A stretch of 56,094 nt of DNA, filler included, from Bipalium vagum (GCA_037834085.1; 3 parts of 3 records of this genome joined end to end with filler, not necessarily neighbours in it); one strand, 5' to 3'. Positions 24,401 to 39,240 are shown, counted from the whole stretch's first letter. Notes: generated from the letters alone by a model not told the origin. Numbers and translations: made by a program.

Positions 24401-24532
24401 GCGGGTCTCAAAGTGGGAGATGAAATTATCAGAGTCAACAATCAAACGATTGACAGATTTTCCAACAGGGGCTTAATTGAATTAATAAAAAATAATGAAA
24501 AAGAAGTGAAAATATCCTTTAAACCCAGGTGA
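21483..24532 (+). CDS. PDZ-domain protein, syntenin-like (partial gene model)
   Basis: In-frame exons 23948-24304 and 24356-24528 (51-nt GT-AG intron) give RDVLLTKETFEKFGIKINRIGE/SFYISMIVSDSAAAKAGLKVGDEIIRVNNQTID...VKISFKP, a clear PDZ preceded by a Ser-rich region. A phase-compatible upstream exon at 21483-21615 is tentative. Start and 3' exons are not resolved. Confidence 0.7.
22500..23155 (+). mobile_element. Decayed mariner, 3' part
   Basis: YCEQLVRL, HPPRSPDIFPTDFH and KWQTIVDSNDE motifs; ends ...TTACCTAATA. Confidence 0.7.
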
Positions 24533-25351
24533 AATATATATTTTATCATTTTATCATTATGAATAATCAATATAAACTGAGGAGAAAAATGATATTTATT
24601 ATAAAAAATACGATAAGTCTCCATTTGTAATAAGAAAGATTAAATGAAATTAAATATTTTTGATTATTGAAAAATGATTTTTTTGTAACACATTTTAAAA
24701 ATCAATATCAAATTTCAACAATTCTATGATTATTAAATGGCATCTCGATTTGCTTTATCACTATAAAGTATAATTTAAATTTTGAACAAATATGAAGTAA
24801 AATTAAAACAAAATATACAGAATAATGATATAATATAATAATAATAGTAACATTAATAAAAATAAGTAAAATAATATTAAAAGAATATAAAATAATATAA
24901 TAATATGGAAAATACAGAAAATTCATAAATAGAAATATTTTAACAAAAATCTTTTTACGAATGCGCAGATTGTTGATAAATTAATAAAAAGTAGACTGAG
25001 AAAACTAATTTATATCTGAATGGAGATAATAGGATAATCATCTTTTTTCGTTTTCAGAAACCAGGATTTGCTTACAATATTTCAGATAATAAATATAAAA
25101 TTTTATTTCATTCAGTTAGAAAAATATTTTTTCATGTTTCAAAAGCAATATAGAAATGGAAGCTTAGAGAAAACTATAAAAATTTCAGTTCTATAGTTGA
25201 TACTCTTAGACTAATCCGCTGGGATTTATGATTTCATTTTTAATGTTAATAATTTGATATTTTCCTATTCTGTATGAATTATATGTCCTATGGAACATGT
25301 TAAAAATATTATTTTTTCATATATTTTATGTAAAATAAATATTAATAATAC

Positions 25352-25354
<3 letters not shown>

Positions 25355-25395
<41 letters not shown>
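25355..25395. repeat. (ATT)n microsatellite
   Basis: Direct inspection. Confidence 0.9.
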
Positions 25396-25396
<1 letters not shown>

Positions 25397-25582
25397 AGGT
25401 TGAAGAAATTTCTAAATTAAAGCTTAAAATAATCAAGTGAAATTTTAGTCCAATTTTTTATATTATAAACAGTTATATTGATAAACGTTTATACTAACTT
25501 ATCACTTAATGCTTTTAATTTTACTGACCATTCACTTTGTTATTTGTGTGTAAAATAATGTTTACATTTTTGATTAAAATTA

Positions 25583-25677
25583 CCCTAACGTCCCGTGTAT
25601 AAAGCACGTGTTATACAAAGAAAAAAGACGACATTTTTACAAAAAACACGCTGCGCGTTATACACGGAACTTTAGGG
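25583..25677. mobile_element. About 95-bp MITE (pogo/Tigger-like TIRs, TA TSD)
   Basis: CCCTAACGTCCCGTGTATAA ... TTATACACGGAACTTTAGGG are inverted repeats, with TA on both sides. Confidence 0.75.
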
Positions 25678-27939
25678 TAACCATAATAATTCTTTCTAAA
25701 TGAATCAAAAATCACACTAACATTTACTTTCACCATAAAAACCAATCGTATTAAACGAGAATTCAATATCTTTAAATCAAATTAAAATAATGTCTGAATA
25801 AAAAAAATTTACAAACAAGATCACAATAGTTGTCTTTAGATCAAAATCAATACTACATAAAGAATAATTACTTTTATGAATTGACTATAAACGATGATCA
25901 ATAAAATATTAAAAATTTAGAATGAGGAAATGTATTAATCAATTATTAAAATTGGTAAACAAAAGAAAATGATCAAAAACACGTCAATAATAGCTTTAAC
26001 CGAATGATTGATGGGTCCCACGGTCACTTAAGAATTTTCAAGGTCTACGAACACATTGGTGTCGTACAGGAAACGAACAATGAAAATAAAATAAACCTCT
26101 GTTTATATTTCTTCTGACCCTGTTCAACAAAGAAGCCTTTTCTCTACAAAACCGGGTCGATAATTTTAATAATATAGTTCTTCTTTCCGTCCAGTGTTTT
26201 TTATGCATTCCATAGAGACGTTTGCAATTATAAATGTAGAGATTCAGAACATAATCTCCAAAAGCCGAAAAAATATGAAATATTAAAATTTATCATTCCG
26301 GTTTATGTAAGTCAATGATTTAATTAATTAGATTCAATTAAACTTTATTGTTCTTAATGCAAAAATGGTGCACATATTTGGATGATTTCAGATCCTTTTT
26401 AGTTTAAGTCCATGCTCATATTAAAAATTATTATTTATATTCAACAACGGTTCCAAAAATGGAGTTTACAGAGATCATTGGAAATATTATATCTCTTTAA
26501 AATATATAAGGTTAATCCAGATCCATGTACTCATTTATTATTTTCATACTTTAACATATTTCTGAAATGGAATGAAATAGAAATATTGTGGAATTTGTGG
26601 ACTGAAAAGGTGACCTGGTTTAAAAAAGGTCAAGATGAATGCTTGTGCCACCTGTTGTAACTGGAATTTGATCTTTTCACATTCTCCTTCACATTTATAA
26701 ATGTGAATGCAAAAATATTTAAAAATAATTTAAAATAATTAAAACAAAACAAAAAAATATAAATCGTTTATAATATTAATTAAGAAATATCAAAAAATAT
26801 TAATAAAATTTTTAATTAAAAACCGTTTCATTAAAACAACAACGATAAGAAATTGAATGAAGTGAAATACACCGTAAAGGAAAAACAAGGCAGGGTGATG
26901 AAAATGATATAAGATAATGTAAATATATTAATATTTTTATATATTTCAATGATGCAGCTTAAGCAATAACCAATCCATTTTATGAAAGAATAATACTCAA
27001 ATTGTTAAAATTGCAAATTATTCGTCTTTGAGTATTAATGTAAAGAAAATGATGGTTGAAGAAATATAATTACATATTAGATCATAATTGCTTTTTCTCT
27101 TTACCTTTGAATGCTTGTTTAGATTCCTCAATTGTTGACTTGAACCAACATTTCGATGAACACGTTTTCAGTTGAAGAATTAATTTAATGGCTTTTCTGT
27201 TATTTTTATAAATTTTTAATAAATCTAAATCGATCTTCTGTCAGAAAAAACGAGAATAATTTAAAATTTTTCTTTAACTTCACTATCAAATAATAAATGA
27301 AATATTTCATGGAACTTCAATAAAGAAATAATAAAGAAAAAATAAGCAATATATTTATATTTATTCATTTTATATTTTTGGTTGAAATTTATGAATTAAT
27401 AAAAATAAAATTTTAATTAATTATATTATTTTTATTTTGGAAAAGAAACAAATTCAAAGTATATACATTTTATTTGGACAAGAGAAAAAGAATATTTTCT
27501 TAAATTTAAAATATATTTAATATTTTATGTATATTTATAGAAAACCTTGAAAAGAAGTATAATATATTTTAATAATATAATAATTAGTAATTTAAATAAT
27601 TATTATATATTTTAATAATTGTTTTAAAATAACTAAATATGTAATAAATAATATCTGAAAGAAATTTCGGATTAAAAATGTTATTTATTTTTTAAGACCC
27701 AACATGTTGGGTGTTTATTATGTATTTCGAAATACTTTCATTTTAAATATGTTAATTTTACAAAACTTTAAAATTTTTAATAATTTTTGGAATAAAATCA
27801 ATTGTAAAGAAAATTACAATATTTGATAATACATCCTGACTCCAATTTATTAGCTTACTTAAACAAGTACAGGTCAGATGAATTTTTATAAAAAATATTT
27901 ATATAATATTCGTTTGATAATATTCAAGATATATCTCAA

Positions 27940-28500
27940 ACACCCTGTATATTAATAATTATGTATTTTTTATAATTATCGATGTCTGAGTCATTTCAAA
28001 CATGTTTAATTCTGTCATTGTGGTTACGGTCAGAATTGTTTTTAAGGGTAAGATTAGACAAAATCGCAGTAATTATGGGTGTTAATCACTCCACTTAGAA
28101 TATATTTACCTTCATCAGATCAATTTTTTGTAATCAAAAAACAATCATTTTCGAATTGTACTAGAATTGTCTCACAAAACTTCATCCTTTTCATCAAAAT
28201 TGTCTCCGCTGACCTCAATTACAATAGTCGGTTTAAGTTGATTGAAGCTGCCTCTCCAATGGCATTATGGTAACTGCTTTCTGTTATACATGAGCGCCAG
28301 TCGAATTGACAAATTGGTTGATTTCTTAATCATTCCTTGAACTCTTTGAATAATGTCATTTGCTAAAGCTGAAAGGGGTCGGTCGGAATTTATTTATTCA
28401 TGAATATTGCCAGTTTTCTTAAAGTTGTCCATTTTTTATCGTTTGTATATTTGTTGATGGAGTCATAAACTTATCTCTCTACTGCCTGATAAGTTCGTGA
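27940..28500 (-). pseudogene. maT/rosa-like (Tc1/mariner superfamily) transposase remnant
   Basis: Minus-strand translation gives NFKKTGNIHE...DRP and RMKFCETIL...SDEGKYILSGVINTHN (FSDEAxFxLxGxVNxxN-like). Confidence 0.6.
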
Positions 28501-29009
28501 AAATTTTCGAGCTTTGTATTCGATAAGAAATAAGAATACATTATATTATATATTTAACTAAAATGATTACACAGTTTTATCTATAGCTTTTACAAATTGC
28601 TTTATTAAACCAAGTTTTGTATCCAGAGGCGGCAATAACAAATTTCATGATGCAACTAAAGTTTTATTTACAATATTTTTCTACCAAAGATTATAAACAT
28701 TTCTGGGTGTCCATTCCTTTTCTCCCAATGAGATGTCTTATCCAGACTTATTATATCTTTAATCCATATAAACTAATTATCAACATCTCAATCCCATCAC
28801 TTATTATTTTAAAAGGAAGTATGTTAACATATATAATAAAAAGCCTGTATTATAATATATATATTGGTATTATATTTTACGTAATTGTTAGTAATTTCAT
28901 TTATATATCGACAAGTAAACTTTGATATTGATTTATATATTTATTTTAAATAATCCAATTGTTATATAAACTTGTTAATGTAGATAAACAAAGTCAAACT
29001 TTATGGTAA

Positions 29010-29960
29010 TTCAGTCAAATTAAACATAGGTATTGTAGTATTGCCAGTTCGCAAAAAATATCGAGCAGCCTACGTATACGAATCACAGTACTTCATACAA
29101 ATTATTTGTATACTGAAATTTTTCTAAAGTGTGAAGAAAAACTAAATTCTCATCACTAATTAAAAAAATATTAACATTTTAAAATTATATTAATAATAAA
29201 TATAAACAGCGCTGTTTCCATAAGCGAAGACAGAAGATTATCATTGTTTGTCAAAAATATTTTCTTTCTCCAAGGAAGCGTTGATTAAGCAACGACTTTC
29301 TCTGTGAATTTCTGCAACAATTGACTTGTTGATTTTACCAACAAATTTAATTTGGTTAATTAAACTAACTTCATTAATGCTTTGGTTATACAATCTGCCT
29401 CAAAGAAGATTAAAGTCGGTGATGTTTTCGTCTTATCCGGTTGAAGTGTTTGTCACCGAAAAGAATTGAGATTAAATTTAATTAAAGTACGTCGAATTTC
29501 CTTCTCTTGACTTATGGCTTTGCATTATTGTCATTGCTTATTCTAATGAGATTACTCTATGGAGGTGGAAAATTCCCATTTAATCCTCACCGCTGTAGTG
29601 TTCGCTTATAATTGTAAAACACGACTAGCATGAACATTCGTGGGCTGTGGTGAATTATCCGTTTGTTTTTAATAAGGCAATACACTTAATGATCATCCAC
29701 AGACGTCTGACATGGTTGGAGATGAAACAAGAATGCTTTTCCATTTAGAAAACCGATAAATTAGTTCGAATTGTAAAACTGATTTTACTTCATAGATTCT
29801 GTGTTAAAAGACCTCTTTGATATATAGGTAGGATGGAATTTTTATGAGCCAGTAAACTGTAATGTGCGCTCCTATTATATTTCTATATCTCTGCCGTTAA
29901 ACAGATGGAGGAAATGATTTAGGCTGCAATTAATGCACCACTGCAAAGATGAGGAGAGAT
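29010..29960 (-). mobile_element. Possible piggyBac-like transposase remnant
   Basis: Heavily degraded coding-like stretch with a Cys-containing C-terminal piece (CMKYC...RYF). The family call is weak. Confidence 0.25.
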
Positions 29961-30055
29961 TATTGTGATAAATTAAATGATGAAAAGCTTGAAAAAATAC
30001 ATATGCATTCATTATGAAGAAAGAATGTCGAAAATAGATGGTTACAGTCGACTGC

Positions 30056-30091
<36 letters not shown>

Positions 30092-30442
30092 GGAAACGTA
30101 ACAATTTTTAGTATTTATAACGGTGTGAAACTTAATATACGATGAAATATGTGAATTTCTTTGTAATATTTTCAAGGTTTATTGTTTTTAAAACGTTTTT
30201 TTCAAATTTTACATGGTTTCTACAAATAAAACCAAAGTAACAATAAAATATTATTTTTAAACTATTTCATTTTACATGAGGTTCAGTGAGAATCTCAATA
30301 TATTTCTGTTTCGTAATATTTATGAAAAGATGTACTTTAATAAAAATTTTATCTTATCATAATATTATTCATGTTTATATTATTGTTATTATTATTATTA
30401 TTATTCAATATTATTATTATTTAATATTATTAATTTTTAATA

Positions 30443-31228
30443 CAGTCTACCCTCTACGATCTACCACCTCTAATTTTTACCACCTCTACTTTATTCCTAT
30501 AAATAAAAAATCATACACATTTTTAAAGCTTTATTCTAATTTTTCCCACTTTTATATCACATTTTAAAATATTTGTTTTAATAATATCGAAATTTATATT
30601 TTATTAGTGGGTTTGAGTATAAATCTCTTTATTTCTAAAATTTAAATAAATTTATTTTTTAGTCTAATAATAAAAAGCAAAAGCATATCTTTAAAAGAAA
30701 AATAAAAATATTAGAATATTGAAAGAAAAAGTCCAGTATAAAGCATACTTGAGTGGCGGAAATATTTTCATTCAAATTTTTACAAAATATTACAAACAAA
30801 AGCATTAAAAATATACCAAGACATTAACGCTTCTGTTGAAATTGCTGATAATTCAGAACAGGTATTTAAGGCATCAAATGGATGGTTACAAAAATTTTAA
30901 AACGTCATAATATTGCATCAAGAATTAGTAGTGGTGAAGGTTTCGAAAATATGTGTTAATTACGATGATATGGTTAATGGAGCTTGACATGAAGTTAAAG
31001 AAAGAGTTTCGTAAAATTTTACTAATTTTCGATAACTGTTCAAGTCATAAAATTACATATTCAACTAAATTTATTAAAATTCTTTTTCTTCCAAAAAATT
31101 CAACAACGAAAAAATTGTATTATAAATAAATATTTGTGGATTTGTAAAGAATTTTGTTATCTGTATTAGTAATCATCTCCCCTCTAATTTTTTCAAGGTT
31201 CCCGATTGTGGTAAATATTAGAGGGTAT
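30443..31228 (+). mobile_element. Internally deleted pogo/Tigger element
   Basis: TIR-like CAGTCTACCCTCTA...TACCAC versus GTGGTAAATATTAGAGGGTA. Contains FKASNGWLQKF...RHNIASRISSGEG. Confidence 0.75.
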
Positions 31229-31587
31229 TATTATATTTAATACAATAATTATTTATTATTATTATAGTTTCATTACTAATATTAGATACAAAATAAAAAA
31301 TATTTAAATTATTGAAAATTTTATACCCAGTCACTTTTTTTTCATCAAACAAATATCAAATATCAATTCATTTTGAGATATTCAAAGTTTATTTTAAAAT
31401 ATCACACAAAGTTATTTGGTAAATAAAATAAAATAATCTATAAATATAAACACACGATCACGTAAATAAAAATGTAAATAATTATTTATAATGATATTAA
31501 TGTGATAAAAGAGTATATTAGAACACGTTTGAAGCGTTATAAAAATAATTAATAACAAGTTACATTGTAATTAATAGGAATTTATTA

Positions 31588-31649
<62 letters not shown>

Positions 31650-31660
31650 TATTATTATTA
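31588..31660. repeat. (ATT)n microsatellite
   Basis: Direct inspection. Confidence 0.95.
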
Positions 31661-32139
31661 ATTTTTCATTACTTTTTAAATTATTTTTGAAAATTAATTT
31701 TTTATATTATTTTTTATATTGTATCTCATTATAAATTAAAAAAGAAATATTTCAAAACAATTTCCTTATATTTCTATCATTTCTACTTAAGTAAGGATTT
31801 AATTGTTTGTTTATTATCAATATGTGAGTAAAACAATCTTCTTTAGATTATTATCCCCGAAATAGATTAAATTTCTGATACATGATATTGGTTTGTTAGT
31901 GAAGGATTTTAAGTAGATTTTCTCAATTTAAGAAAATCGAATTTAATTAAGATAATGAATTAAAAATATTATGATTTTATATTCATGTAATAAAATATCG
32001 TGGTTCTCTGTGCAATGCATAAAATTATCAGATTTAATTAAAAAAATTTTCGCTACTTTTAAAAACATTTATTTTTTTTTCTCAATATTTGTTTGATCAA
32101 CGAAAAACAAATTCCAATTGAACAAATATAAAATGCACT

Positions 32140-32680
32140 AAAAACCAATTTAAGCAAGACTGTCATAAAACAAATGATTTATACAATTTTAATGAATGCC
32201 TTGTAGAAAATTGAGTTTGCTTGAAATCAAAATTGCGAAAATATATTCCGAAAATTTTCCCTTTTAATAATTGAGCTTTTCAAATTACAATATTCTCACC
32301 AATTTTTCTTTTTGGAAAATAAATTTAAGGGCACTTGCATTTGGAAAATAAAAATATTTCCCTCCAATTGAGGAATGCTTTTATCGAATTTCATAATTAT
32401 TTAATTTGTTTGTCTGTTTTCATTAACAGGGTTTTTCACAATAATTAATAACTGCCTCAATTTTCATTGTCTTTATTTACGCTGACTGAACTCTTACGAT
32501 GGAAGCTGTAGTTTGGTAATGAATGCCCAACTCTGTTGAAATTTGTTTCCAAGACTTTCCTTCATCATCATTAAAATTACTATGTATGTACAATACATAC
32601 AATGTAATACCTGATTCATATTAAAGACAAACAATTTCCCTTATTCCGTTGCCTAAATGTTTTTTTTCTGCCATTTTTAA
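32140..32680 (-). pseudogene. Tc1/Tc3-like transposase N-terminal remnant
   Basis: Minus-strand start MAEKKHLG followed by degraded HTH-like frames; many stops. Confidence 0.35.
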
Positions 32681-33854
32681 TTGCAGGTTTGATAATTGTA
32701 GTAATGATAAAAATAAATTTAGTTAAGAAAATTTTAAAATTATTAAACATTCTGAAAAACCTTGTATCTTGGGATAAATTAACAAAATATTACTTTAGGA
32801 AGACAATGTTCAAATTTTTTTGCAAAAAAATTACATTTTATAGATTATGAAGAAAACATTATAATTTTATTAAATATTAATCAATAAATGCAATTTTTTA
32901 TTGAGTTTTGGAACTGATAAATTTTTAGTTAAAAATATGAATTCAGGCATATTTATAAATAAGAAACATTTGTAAGGAGAAAAATGGTCAAATAAAAAAA
33001 ATTGTATGAACTCACTCAAATTAAATTTTAAAAATATGGTTGTGCAGATTATATTTTTAACAAATTCTTAATTATTAATTTTCATTTATAAAATAATAAT
33101 TAATTATTAATTAACAAATTAAAAATTTTATTAAATATGAATATTCAAAAAAAATCAATTTTATGTTTTTTATTAATTTCAGTTGACTGCATTTTTTTAA
33201 GAAACCTAATTTTTTAATCAAAATATTATTTAGTTCTTAAGTATGAATTTTTCTCGTAATTTCAACAATAATTACTCTGGTTCTTTAAATTGATTTATTT
33301 CTACTATCGCAAATATTTTGAAAAATTAACCAAATTGTGGGCTCAATCTGACTCCAAATATTTATAGATTTAATTCTCTACACGGAGCAATTAATACGTT
33401 AAAATTTTCATTTAATAAATAATACAAATATGATGAAGATGAATATCAAAACAAAATCGAAATCAAATGAATCTAAGATAGTCAGCATCGAATCTTCAGA
33501 AATTACTTATTTATTTTCATCCTTGAGAGTCTCCCCACCAAATCACAATTGCCCTGTTTCAGGCAGCTCTACGATCATTGCTTACAAAAAGCGGAAATAG
33601 AAATGATTCAATTGAAGTAGTCATTTATCGCGATATGTTGCGATATCTGAAAAAAAATCAAAAAATCGTAAAATTATTGATTCTTAATAATAATAATTAA
33701 ATGTAATAAATTTTAGAACAATTTTTTTGAAATTAACTTTTAACTGTTACAAAAACAATGCTGGCTTTATCAGGTACAATGGTGAGATAATTGATTGAAA
33801 TACTGATTTGATGAAATGAGAAATGACTTAGTTAGTATTATTAGTATTAGTATA

Positions 33855-34102
33855 TCTAGACAAGTTCCTTAGTGGGAGAACCTTCCTCAATGTGGATGAC
33901 GTCATTCAGGCCTTTGAAGAATTCGTAACATCTAGACCTTCGGATTTTTATCGAATCGGGATAAATAAGCTTGTCACTCGTAGGGAGAAGTGTGTACAGT
34001 CTGGCGGATTCTATTTTGATAAATAAAACTTTGTTTATGCTGTCATGTGTTCCTTTAAAGTTAGATGTTAAAAACCGCCATTTATTTCTTTACAACCTAA
34101 TA
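33855..34102 (+). mobile_element. mariner 3' fragment with TIR
   Basis: LDKFLSGRTFLNVDDVIQAFEEFVTSRPSDFYRIGINKLVTRREKCVQSGGFYFDK*, then ...TTTACAACCTAATA. Confidence 0.85.
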
Positions 34103-34919
34103 GCATCACCATTATGACCACTTGTAACACTTCCTCAATAGATCAAAAGCACCATAGAATATTTATTTTTATTATATCCATTATTCCAATGGTTAAATCT
34201 CAACATTATGGTAAACTTTACTTCTAATTTTGATTTAAGACCTGTAGAAATAAGGTAATAATATATAATAAATTTTTGAAAAATATAAATATAATTTTAA
34301 ATATTATAAGTGAAATGTGAGGTCAAAACTAAAAAAATATTTTTGCTTAAAAATTCCCGTTTTTTATGCGATATTTTATGCTAATTTGAATAATTTTAGA
34401 AGTTTAAATTATTAAAGAACATTATAAATTATCGGATTACAAAAGGATTAATACTGCAAATAGTTAATAACCAGTAGAATCAATTTCGAATGAGGATTAA
34501 AACAAAATTTGATGTTTTTTATTTTCCTCGATTTTTAAAATAAAATGTAATTTTAAGATATTTTACTATTAGAAAAAAATACTTAATAAAATGAAAAAAT
34601 ATGTCAATAACTTCGAAGTCAGCTTGCATGGAAAATATAAAAAACATTTAATTTTTATTATTTAATTATGTGAACATAATTATCATTAAATATAACGAAT
34701 AGAGAAGAATTAATGAATACCTTTTACAAGCAATGAAATTATGATATCAACTTTAATATAAAATTATATTAGTTTATATATAAAATATGCCTATTATCAG
34801 CTAACAATTCAAAATAGATAGGATAACGGAATTTTTTTTAATGTCATTTGATATGTAATATTTATGTGAAATAATATTTGGTTTTATCTTCATTTAAAAT
34901 ATTTTTAAATTCATTTTTA

Positions 34920-35335
34920 CATGCATTAAAAGCGTTGGCTCGGATCGCCATTGATCCGGAAATAAGGATTTCCATTCAATGCGCAAACATATTTGGATGA
35001 ATGTCTTCGTTAGAGATTAGAGCATTATATTCGTTCTAACTATGCTGAAGGCAGTTTTTGTTTTGGCGGGATCAATTGACGGCTTGTAATACCAAAACAG
35101 TGGTCGAACATTTGCGCTATAAAAAATATTCAATTCTGGCAGAAAATAGACAACCCTTTTAATATACCAGAAAGTCGCTATATAGAAAATCTTTTGGAAA
35201 TTTTGAAAGAATTATGTTATCAAAATACCTGTGAAGCTGAAAACATTAATCAACAGAATTAAGTACTGTTTGAAGGAAATCGATTATTTAGTTGTACATA
35301 AGGTTACTGCTTCAATATTCAGGTGAATCGAATCT
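34920..35335 (+). pseudogene. DD37E-like (ITm) transposase 3' remnant
   Basis: FWRDQLTA (FWPDLAS-like) and NPFNIPESRYIENLLEILK (NPPNxPxxRPIExFWxxLK-like). Confidence 0.5.
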
Positions 35336-38300
35336 TAACAGTTTTATATATCTTTTGTCGGAGTATTAAGCTATACTTGGGCTTTTGATGTTCTTTTCTT
35401 ATTACTAATTTCTATTTTATATTATTTGTAAAGTCATTTTAGAAAAACACCAATTAGCATCAATTGCACTGTACAAGTTTAAATTTGGCAATAATGCTGT
35501 GGGAACAAATAGTAAACATAAATAAAACCTTCAATGTGTGTTCAGCAAACGTGCTCCTCGTGAAAACCTTGCTCAAAACATTTAGGAGTGGAGATTGATT
35601 ACATGATTGATTTGGTTTTAAATTGATTAAATTAATTTTTCTTTCTCTTTGACGCACAAATTATATTTTATTTAAAAATGGTGATGGGGTTCAACCTATT
35701 AAACCTATATTATTATATTACCTATTTCTGGAATAGAATTTACGAATTAAGTAAATTCTATTTTTATATAAAAATTTTATATGATGTGATAGAAGTATTT
35801 ATGTTTACCTAATTTGGAACCATGATAAATTAAATTGTTAAATTGTATATTTTGAGAAAACTTCAAAAGGAAAAAGGAAAAGAGACAACTGATAATATTT
35901 CGAAGACATCAGAAAGGGAGGAAAAAAGTTTTAAAGCTGAAAGCGAAACTGAGGAACTATTTTTTATAATGAATAAAAATTCAAAGGGCGCATGAACAAG
36001 AATGTAAGCCTGTCTCTGATAAGCGGAAAAACCCCTTAATTCTGATCATAAAAATTTTGGAAAAGTGAAATCCGAGTGAATAATTATTACAGTTGATTAT
36101 CAATTTAAAGATAAGTTTGATGAGCAGAATGCTTCTGTGGCTGCATAATTTCTGGAACAGAAGAATGACACCACAACCTCATAAAGGGTAAAAATGAGCT
36201 ACTGAGAATAGTTTTTAGTTTCGTACAGATATACCAACTACCTTCTGACTTTATATGAGCGTGACCTGGAAAAAGTTTTGACTTGTGTACACTATTTAAT
36301 GGAGTCTTCAGCCTTGAAAGAGGTTTTTTGATTTCAAACCCAGGTTTTTGGTCGTGCTTGTACACAAGTTTTCAGAGAAAACATTAACCTCGTAGTCTTA
36401 AAAGTTATCAGACTGAGAAAAAGTTATTTTTTTCATAAATTAAAATATATAATCTTTATCTATACTATTTTTATTATTTTACCCAGACCACCGATTACAA
36501 GAAAGCCTGTTTTAATGAATAAACGTTATGAAAACGGGGTTTACTACTTTATATTGAGGGAAAGTATTAATGACTGAAACCAGTTACTATTGCTATTACT
36601 ATCAATGGAGAAAGCAGACCCAGAAAACTTTGACTCAGTAAACTTAGCAAAATTGTTTGGCATAGAAAATTAACAGAGTACAATGAAATCTGGAAATTTA
36701 GGCCAGACCCTGTACGAATTTTTTAGAGAAAAATAAAAAGCACGGGTTCATCATTGTAAATCAGATATTTTGATCAATGTCTACACAAAAATCTTTTTGC
36801 CGATGGAGATGTCATCGAAAGCGTAATGGTAAATGTCAAAAACGTACCTTGAGGTTCAAAACTAGTAGATGTTTCAATTTATAAGTATAGAATATTCGTA
36901 AGAGTCAAAACATAGACCGTCTATGAGCATCTTCTAAAACAATCTTGTTACACATATAAAATCAAAGCTCAGGCAAAATTCTGCTAAATTTTATTTTGTA
37001 TACGAAAGAATGGTTATTGAAATTGTATTTGAGTTTCTTTTGATGGTTAGAACCCTGAGACTAACTCGGTTTTGTGAAGCTTTATCCTTTGATTCAGTAA
37101 ACAATTTTTGTATGAGCTATGAAATTTAAAGTCTTCCAAATGGACGAAATTATTATCCATATATTGGTGATTAAAAGTAGTCCGAAAAATGATATTGAAA
37201 TTCAGTCTGATAAATAATTTTTCTAATAGTTTAATTTGATCAGAGATACATGAATAAAGTCAGGGTGTGATGATAAAGTTAGGGGCTTAAAACGATGGAA
37301 AGTTTTGGTTCCAATACCAGTCCAAAGTAATTAAAACTATTAAAAACTTTCGGAAGATCAAAGATAAGATACAGATTTCCAGTGGCACTCTGACACTACG
37401 GGTGTTCACTGAAGTGGGCTTAGCCAAAATTGGTAATCTGCTCTGAACGCAGAGATCTGATGCTCGATCCTAGTAGGCAGCTTATAGTCACTGGCTCTAT
37501 CACCATTCATTGGTTGATGATCGGGATCATACCTCTACAGTGGAAATGAAACTCAATATCCGCAATTTAAATGATTTAAAAATTATATTTATAATTTATT
37601 ATATGGAAATATAATTAGTTACATACAAATTTTCAAACATGATTTTTTAAATTTATCAGCTTATTATCTGTCCATGCTCCTGGTAATATGTTTTCAATAT
37701 ACAATATTTCACTTATCTAAAATATACTCCAATTTATACCATCAAATTTGTCATTTTGGATCAATTTCTCTCCCGATCAAATTGAGCATTATATTTTGTG
37801 TTTTGTAAATTTCAAGCACCGTTGATGTAAAGCTAATTTTCATTAGAAAATAAATTTACACTAAACCCAACCTTAAGTATTAACACGATATTCGGTTTCA
37901 TTTTTCTGCATAAAATTCCCGATTGACCTTAGACCATTCCATTTCAACTTTAGGTCTTATAATATTTTTTTATTATTATTTATTGTCATTAGGAATTGCA
38001 AAATAATAATTGGTAATTTGGAGAAGATTAAAATATACAATTGGTCCGAAATCAAAAAATAAATAAATGAAAAAAATGAGAATTTTCATCAATAATAATT
38101 TCAAGAGTCTGTGTCGCATTAGTTCCTTTGAAATTAAATAATTTCCATATCAAATGTGGCCTCTGGCCATAACTTTAGATTTTAGGAGGTAAATTTCGCT
38201 CAACATTACCAAAAATTGTTTTGTATATGTGCATTAATCTTCAAATATTTATATTTTGTTCAACCATTAAAAATAATATTTTTTGTAATATATTTAATTG

Positions 38301-38399
38301 TTTTTTAATGCTCAATTTGAATTATTTATTTATTTCATGACTGAAATCTTGCACTTGTCTTATGAAATTTTCTTGGAACATTATTTTCTGTTTTCGTAA

Positions 38400-39240
38400 T
38401 TGTTTTTTCAAGTAAACAAAAAGAAATCACTAAAAGCCAAATCAGTGTAATACGATGAGCATGAAATCAGTACGAAGCCTTTTTCAGTGAATATGTCCAT
38501 AACTAGATGATCTAAGAAAAGTGGAGCGTTGTGATACAAAAACTTTACTTTTTGGCTTCTATCTCTACCTTTTCACAGTAATAACAAGTACACAGTAGTT
38601 CGAGTCGATGATTTCTGAAGTAAAATTAGTCTTAATAAAACCTTCTAAAGCCCATAACACACTAAGCATGAGACATTTTTCGATGAGATACCTTTGTACG
38701 AACCATCTTTGAGGGCCTTTTTATGAAGTAATCAATTTAAGGGATCCACCCTTGCTGTGTGAAACTTAAAGACTCAATAGGACCTCAACCTTTGTTAAAA
38801 TTTTCTTCAAAAATTCTATCATAGAGCATTTAATATGGTCATATTATCTTGAGACTCTTACATTCACTTTTCTCGGAAATCTTCTGTTAAAAAGATTGCA
38901 TAATTTTATCGTTCCAATGCTCTTCAGCATGCTCTATACAGTCTTCTTTGTTAAATTAACTCTATTTGACAGCTGTCTATGGGTAATCCGCCTCTCTTCT
39001 TTCATAATAACTTTTCATTTTTTCATTTTCTCCTCGCCAATTTTAAATGGTCGTCCACTTCTTCCCTATTCTAAGACATTGTTCATGCCAGAAGAAAACT
39101 CTATGATCAATTTATAAATAGTAACCTTGCATATAGGTTTATTTCCTACAAAATAAATGTAGCTGACAAATAATGTTCTTCTTTGCTGTCCTCATCCAGA
39201 AAAAAAAACAAATAACGTTGTGAAATTCAGCTTTCCGGCG
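38400..39240 (-). pseudogene. Tc1/IS630-like transposase remnant
   Basis: Minus-strand GRSGRPFKI motif within an extended degraded coding-like region. Confidence 0.4.

Noticed and set aside
24708-30567. Hydrophobic I/F/Y/L-rich ORFs (24708-24926, 28617-28925, 30286-30567 and similar)
   Set aside because: Expected by chance in very AT-rich DNA and ATT repeats; no splice or motif support.
33400-33650. Possible piggyBac fragment
   Set aside because: The motif resemblance is too degraded to support a call.
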